Program-made: the position numbers and the translations under genes
Part shown: piece by piece, positions 59,410 to 64,000 of the stretch
Layout: each line of letters opens with the position of its first letter
How positions within the stretch are numbered: position 1 is the stretch's first letter
From: Candidatus Aenigmatarchaeota archaeon
Lineage (GTDB): Archaea; Aenigmatarchaeota; Aenigmatarchaeia; Aenigmatarchaeales; Aenigmatarchaeaceae
Direction: 5' to 3'
Assembly: GCA_043814985.1 (NCBI GenBank)
Contig: JBDRJK010000014.1
Span: forward strand, 45,108 to 109,107
Length of the DNA: 64,000 nt
Notes under the pieces: generated by a model
Databases searched by the model: none
What the model saw: the letters and a program-made list of their open reading frames with translations, nothing else
Told to the model about the DNA's origin: nothing

Positions 59410-62214
59410 TTATTGCCAGAACTTCTTGTTTTTTATGAAGGTCCTTTCTGCATCTAGAATATACTTGTAGAGGTCCTCCTCTTTGTTTCTTGGTTTTGAA
59501 AGGATCCTGAAGGCTGTCTGGGGACCTATACCTCTTCCAGCCATTACAATGCATGCTAATTTACCGTAGACAATGCACAGGTCAGCAGACTTCTTGATGA
59601 AATGTAATTTCTCCCTTTCTTCACCAGTCAACTCCCCACCTTTCAGCCATTTCTTGACAATCTTCTGGGTCTCTATCTTGTAGGGCTTCACAATGGCAAT
59701 CAACTTTGACTGGCACTTCCTGCATCTAGGCTCCTTCTCTATTTTCTTGACATAGTTGGTCATGGAATACTTGCCGCAGTTTATGCAAATCAGCTTGACC
59801 TTAGAGTCTAGAAGCCTCTTCTTGAACAGCTTATAGATTTCTCCTTCAGGTCTGTTAGGCTTTACAACATCTTGCAATTCGTAAGTGAAGCCCATCTTGC
59901 CCAATGGGGACAGACCGTCACCATGAGCCAGTTTTATCTTCTTTTCCTGTATGCCTTTGATAATTTCTTCAGTCTTTTCAAAATCAAGCTTTTGGGTGAA
60001 CAGTTCTGCTAGGGTCTCGTGGAATATCGGAGTTTTCCAGTAAACATCAATAAGCTTGTCAAGGTTGATGGTTGCGAAGTTGGCATCCCTGCTTATGGCC
60101 CCGAACCTCTTGGCGACATGTATGAACCTGAACTTGAACAGAGAGGACCTTGACAGAGCTTTCTCCAATATTATCTTGATTTCCTCTGGCTTGTAATCAA
60201 ATAGAACCTTTTTGATTTCATCAATCCTGCAGCCCCTTATTATTATCCTGTAAGGATCGCACCTGCTTGTTATGAACTTCCCGTGAGTGGCAGAGAGGAT
60301 GGTTGTCACGAACCTTGATAATGTCTCATTGACTTTTGTACCGAACATACAATGCATGACAACGTATTCCTTGAAGCTTTCAAAGTATATATCCTTTGGA
60401 GAGGGAATGTGATACTTCTTAATATGGCTCTTGATTATCTTTATCATCTTGATTGCTGTCTGCTCAGTGATCGGATACTTCTTCTTTAGCTCATTGACTA
60501 TCTCCTTGTCTTTCTTTTTCTTCAGAAGCTTGGCTATATCATATCTAAGCTCTCCCACCTCTTGGGAGATGCTATATGGTACAGGTATCAGCTCTCCTTT
60601 CCATGCTGGAATTGCCGAAGCAATGTCGTTTATAGAGTCAACGAAAACCTTGTTCTTTTCAACAGAGAGTATCCTCCATGGTCTGCCTCTCACAATAAAG
60701 GTCGAGCCTGGGCTTCCGTGCGATGCAATAAATTCCTCGTCCAAGCTGCCGACGCTGGTGTTGGTTGCAGTGTCAATTACTCTGTAACTCCTCTGGTCCG
60801 GAATAACTGAAAGGTTCTCAAAATAATACTTGAATGCCCTTCTCCTTCTCTTGACCTTACCATCAATGTAAACAAGCCTCATTTGGTTGGTCAAGAAGTT
60901 GACAAGGTTCATGAACTCATCCTCTTTCATGTTCCTGTAGGGATATGCTTTCTTGAAAGTGCTGTAAATATCCTTTGCGTCCATTTCAAAGTTCTCTATT
61001 AGCAAGCCGATTATTTGATGAGTCAGAACATCCAGAGAATTGCTGTGCAGAGTCAATGGTTCCAGTTCTCCATTCAATGCCTTTCTTGCTATCACAGCTG
61101 ACTCGAAAAGGTCGTCACCTTCGCTGGCAATTATTATGCCTTCTGATATCCTTCCAATACCATGGCCAGACCTTCCCACCCTTTGAGTTATTTTTGAAAC
61201 CTGTCTTGGAGACATGTATTGGATTATCAGGTCAATGGAGCCAATGTCAATGCCTAATTCCAAGCTTGACGTTGTAATCAAACTCTTTAACTTCTCTGCC
61301 TTGAAATCCTTTTCAGCATTGATCCTTACATCCTTGCTCAATGAAGAATGGTGTATTTCATGCGGGAACTTTTCATCCAGCATCCTTAATCTCGAAGAAA
61401 GTACTTCAGCTGCCTCCCTTGTGTTGGTGAAAATAAGGGCAGATTTATGTTTTGATATTTCTTCGTATATCCTCCTTAATCTTGAGACAACAGACTCTCC
61501 TATGAATATATTCTCAGCTATTTTCCTGTCCTCCTTTGTGGGATAAGGGCTCTCGACTGTTATCCTCAAATCCCTTGGGTTAACTGTTTTCAAGACCTCG
61601 TACTTCTCACCTGCAAATATGAAGTCTGCAGCAAGCTTTGGCGAACCAACAGTTGCTGACAAGGCTATTATCTGCGGCTTGCCGCAATACCTTTTTAGCC
61701 TTTCCAATGATAGAGTTAGTTGAACGCCTCTCTTGCTTGTAACTAATTCATGAACCTCGTCAATGACAATGTATTTTATTTTTTTAAGAAGTTCCCTTAA
61801 CCTTTTCCCTGAAAGCATTGCGTTTATCTGCTCGGGTGTTGATATCATGATGGTTGGAGGATGCTCTACCTGCAATTTTCTCTGGTATTGTGTCGTGTCT
61901 CCATGCCTAACAGAAATATCAATGTCAAGCTTATTGCACCACCATACCAGCCTGTCCATCATGTCCCTGTTAAGAGACTTCATCGGACTCAGATACAACA
62001 AGGCTATTGGCTCATGCTGCTTTTCCGCGAGCTTGCTGAACAAGCCCAACATAACAGACTCAGTCTTGCCAGAACCGGTCTCAGCTATCACTAGAACGTT
62101 TTTTCCTTCCAGAACCTTTGGAATGGCCAATTCTTGAACAAGAGTGGGTTTTTCAAACCGAGATATAGCTAGGTCTTTTACAGTACTATATAATATATCA
62201 AATGCACTTGCCAT
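59410..62214 (-). CDS. lhr: Lhr-family ATP-dependent helicase
   Basis: ETGSGKT, DEVH, SAT, ELGIDIG, QRVGRSGH, C-terminal CxxC...CxxC. Confidence 0.93.
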   Translation of the reverse strand: MASAFDILYSTVKDLAISRFEKPTLVQELAIPKVLEGKNVLVIAETGSGKTESVMLGLFSKLAEKQHEPIALLYLSPMKSLNRDMMDRLVWWCNKLDIDISVRHGDTTQYQRKLQVEHPPTIMISTPEQINAMLSGKRLRELLKKIKYIVIDEVHELVTSKRGVQLTLSLERLKRYCGKPQIIALSATVGSPKLAADFIFAGEKYEVLKTVNPRDLRITVESPYPTKEDRKIAENIFIGESVVSRLRRIYEEISKHKSALIFTNTREAAEVLSSRLRMLDEKFPHEIHHSSLSKDVRINAEKDFKAEKLKSLITTSSLELGIDIGSIDLIIQYMSPRQVSKITQRVGRSGHGIGRISEGIIIASEGDDLFESAVIARKALNGELEPLTLHSNSLDVLTHQIIGLLIENFEMDAKDIYSTFKKAYPYRNMKEDEFMNLVNFLTNQMRLVYIDGKVKRRRRAFKYYFENLSVIPDQRSYRVIDTATNTSVGSLDEEFIASHGSPGSTFIVRGRPWRILSVEKNKVFVDSINDIASAIPAWKGELIPVPYSISQEVGELRYDIAKLLKKKKDKEIVNELKKKYPITEQTAIKMIKIIKSHIKKYHIPSPKDIYFESFKEYVVMHCMFGTKVNETLSRFVTTILSATHGKFITSRCDPYRIIIRGCRIDEIKKVLFDYKPEEIKIILEKALSRSSLFKFRFIHVAKRFGAISRDANFATINLDKLIDVYWKTPIFHETLAELFTQKLDFEKTEEIIKGIQEKKIKLAHGDGLSPLGKMGFTYELQDVVKPNRPEGEIYKLFKKRLLDSKVKLICINCGKYSMTNYVKKIEKEPRCRKCQSKLIAIVKPYKIETQKIVKKWLKGGELTGEEREKLHFIKKSADLCIVYGKLACIVMAGRGIGPQTAFRILSKPRNKEEDLYKYILDAERTFIKNKKFWQ

Positions 62215-62304
62215 TTCCCTAGCCTTCTTTGACTTCTGATAATAGAATCCTTTCCAAACTATTTAAAAATAGAAGATTAGAAAAATGTTAAAAAATTAAA
62301 AATC

Positions 62305-62520
62305 CTAATATCTCATCTTTACATACGAAGATGCCATGAATCCCATACCGAGACCTGCTAAGGCTCCTAAATCCCATCTTCCGTAAATTGCACCACTAAC
62401 AAGTCCTAGGAAGAAAAAGCCAACAAAAACCGTGCCTGCTAGATCCTTTACATGTTTTTCACTTCTTGATGGTCTTCTTGCACTTCTTCTCGAACTTCGT
62501 GTGTTTCTTCTTTTCGCCAT
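62305..62520 (-). CDS. Small two-TM protein with Arg/Ser-rich N-terminus
   Basis: MAKRRNTRSSRRSARRPSRS followed by Gly-rich TM pair. Confidence 0.75.
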   Translation of the reverse strand: MAKRRNTRSSRRSARRPSRSEKHVKDLAGTVFVGFFFLGLVSGAIYGRWDLGALAGLGMGFMASSYVKMRY

Positions 62521-62570
62521 AATATATTATATCATCTGTCTTAAAGATATAGTTTCTAATCTTGAGAAAA

Positions 62571-63800
62571 TTATTTCGGCCTTATAATAGCCGTTGAAAA
62601 ACTATCCTCGGAGAAATATTTTTTAGCAACTTGGTGGACTTCCTCTTCAGTAACTTTCTTCAGCTTTTTCATATTTTCCCTTTCTCTATTCACATTACCC
62701 AAGACTATCTCGTTTCTGACAAATCTTAGGGGTCCCCTCAAGGGGTTATCATACTCTGCCTTTCTCAGACCGATTATCATGTTTTTAGCCTTTTTCAATT
62801 CCCTTCTTGAGACCCTTTGGTTTCTGAGCTTCCTGAACTCATTTTTTATTATCTTCAGGGACTCTTTACCCTTGTTTTTCTGAGTGCCTGTCTTCACATA
62901 GAAGAAGCCGTAATCCTTTCCGATTATGTTTTTTGAATGAACAAAGTATACGAGACCCCTCTTAAGCCTAAGCTGGTTAAACAGCCTGGAAGAATCCCCG
63001 CAAGTTAGCAGCGTTGAAATAATGCGCAACGCATGCATATCTTCGCTTTCCACTGTTGCTGTCTTAACGCCTGTCTGTATATAAACCTGCTTCATGTCCA
63101 CCTTTTTTTCAACAGTCCTTTTCCTGAAAGGTTTCATATCCCCTTTTGGAATATTCCCATTTCTGTGACTCCCGTTTTGGAGTCTCTCTATTTTGTCTTT
63201 CATCTTGTTATATGAGTTTAATTTAAAGTTGCCAAATATTCCTACTACCAAATTATTGGGAGAAAAATAAGTCTTATGCGCCTTAATAGCGTCACCTAAT
63301 GTTATTCTTTTCAATGCCCTTATTTTATCTTGGATTGATGTCCTCAGCGGTCCTTTCTTGTATAAACCTCTAAGGAAAAAACTCGAGATGTATTTACAGG
63401 GATCGTCCAAATGGCCCTTATATTCTGTGAGTATAATGTTTTTTTCAGTTCTAAATGCCTTGGAATTAAATTGCGGCTCTAAACATATTTCACTCATAAT
63501 ATCAGAAAATTTTTCAAAGCTAGTCTTCTGCGTATAGCCGTAAACACTTACTGACTCATAGCCGGTCCTTCCATTCTGATAGCTTCCTAGTGAATCCAAT
63601 ATTTCCGCGACTCTGATAAAATTGTATTTTTTTATGTTGGCAGACAATATTGCATGTTCAAGAAGATGTGCCAGACCCTTCTTTTTTCTTGGCTCGTTCA
63701 CATATCCTAGCTTGGAAGCTATTATTATTCTTGCAGTATAGTCCTTTTGCCTTTTCAATGACAAAATGGCTGCGCCATTGCTAAGAACTTCTCTTTTCAT
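62571..63800 (-). CDS. M16 family zinc peptidase
   Basis: GLAHLLEH inverted zincin motif, SSRLFNQLRLKRGLVY. Confidence 0.9.
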   Translation of the reverse strand: MKREVLSNGAAILSLKRQKDYTARIIIASKLGYVNEPRKKKGLAHLLEHAILSANIKKYNFIRVAEILDSLGSYQNGRTGYESVSVYGYTQKTSFEKFSDIMSEICLEPQFNSKAFRTEKNIILTEYKGHLDDPCKYISSFFLRGLYKKGPLRTSIQDKIRALKRITLGDAIKAHKTYFSPNNLVVGIFGNFKLNSYNKMKDKIERLQNGSHRNGNIPKGDMKPFRKRTVEKKVDMKQVYIQTGVKTATVESEDMHALRIISTLLTCGDSSRLFNQLRLKRGLVYFVHSKNIIGKDYGFFYVKTGTQKNKGKESLKIIKNEFRKLRNQRVSRRELKKAKNMIIGLRKAEYDNPLRGPLRFVRNEIVLGNVNRERENMKKLKKVTEEEVHQVAKKYFSEDSFSTAIIRPK

Positions 63801-63846
63801 ATACTAAATTATAATCTCAGGATTAATATTCTTGGCTTTCTAAAGA

Positions 63847-63999
63847 CTAGACCGTTTTGACCAGTTGTCTCTTTGAAACACTTATGTCCACTTTCATAAC
63901 GGTCTTTCTTTTGGAGGCTTTTGCTATCTGTACAGCACCTCTTAGGACGTCCATGGCAAACTTCTCTGTTATTCTTCTCATTTCCTTTTTTGAAATGTC
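63847..63999 (-). CDS. Histone-fold protein, C-terminal part (5' end outside window)
   Basis: Translates DISKKEMRRITEKFAMDVLRGAVQIAKASKRKTVMKVDISVSKRQLVKTV*; RKTV...DI signature. Confidence 0.75.
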   Translation of the reverse strand, partial: DISKKEMRRITEKFAMDVLRGAVQIAKASKRKTVMKVDISVSKRQLVKTV

Positions 64000-64000
64000 A

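Noticed and set aside
1..64000. CRISPR arrays, tRNA/rRNA, transposases, integrases, DGR
   Set aside because: No periodic repeats, structured RNA genes, recombinase or reverse transcriptase recognised; a covariance-model scan would be needed to exclude small RNAs

Overview
Archaeal chromosomal window; gene content (AglB-type STT3, PGF-pre-PGF surface proteins, two histone folds, CDC48, PolB, Lhr, type IA topoisomerase) fits a DPANN-like archaeon, though that placement is inference. 1-16.9 kb is a surface-glycosylation locus with four B12-binding radical SAM enzymes, a SPASM radical SAM, GT2s, a GT-C, methyltransferases, AglB and a flippase. 17-28.4 kb holds large surface glycoproteins, 7 kb of which is bracketed by a duplicated 3' end of a beta-CASP RNase gene. 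30-38 kb is an amino-acid cluster (tyrS, aroB', aroA', aspartate kinase, SerA-like dehydrogenase, serS). The rest is housekeeping. The main candidate system is a pair of unannotated leader peptides whose composition matches the downstream pathway: a Tyr/Phe/Thr/Lys/Met-rich uORF before aspartate kinase and a Ser/Gly/Cys-rich uORF before serA-serS, each with RNA pairings that can hide the downstream Shine-Dalgarno, suggesting ribosome-mediated attenuation in an archaeon. Also notable: a NUMOD3-Vsr endonuclease between an orphaned and a recoded 5' end of a radical SAM gene, and a DUF3467-like protein sharing CDC48's C-terminal RYIG. No rRNA, tRNA or CRISPR array was recognised.
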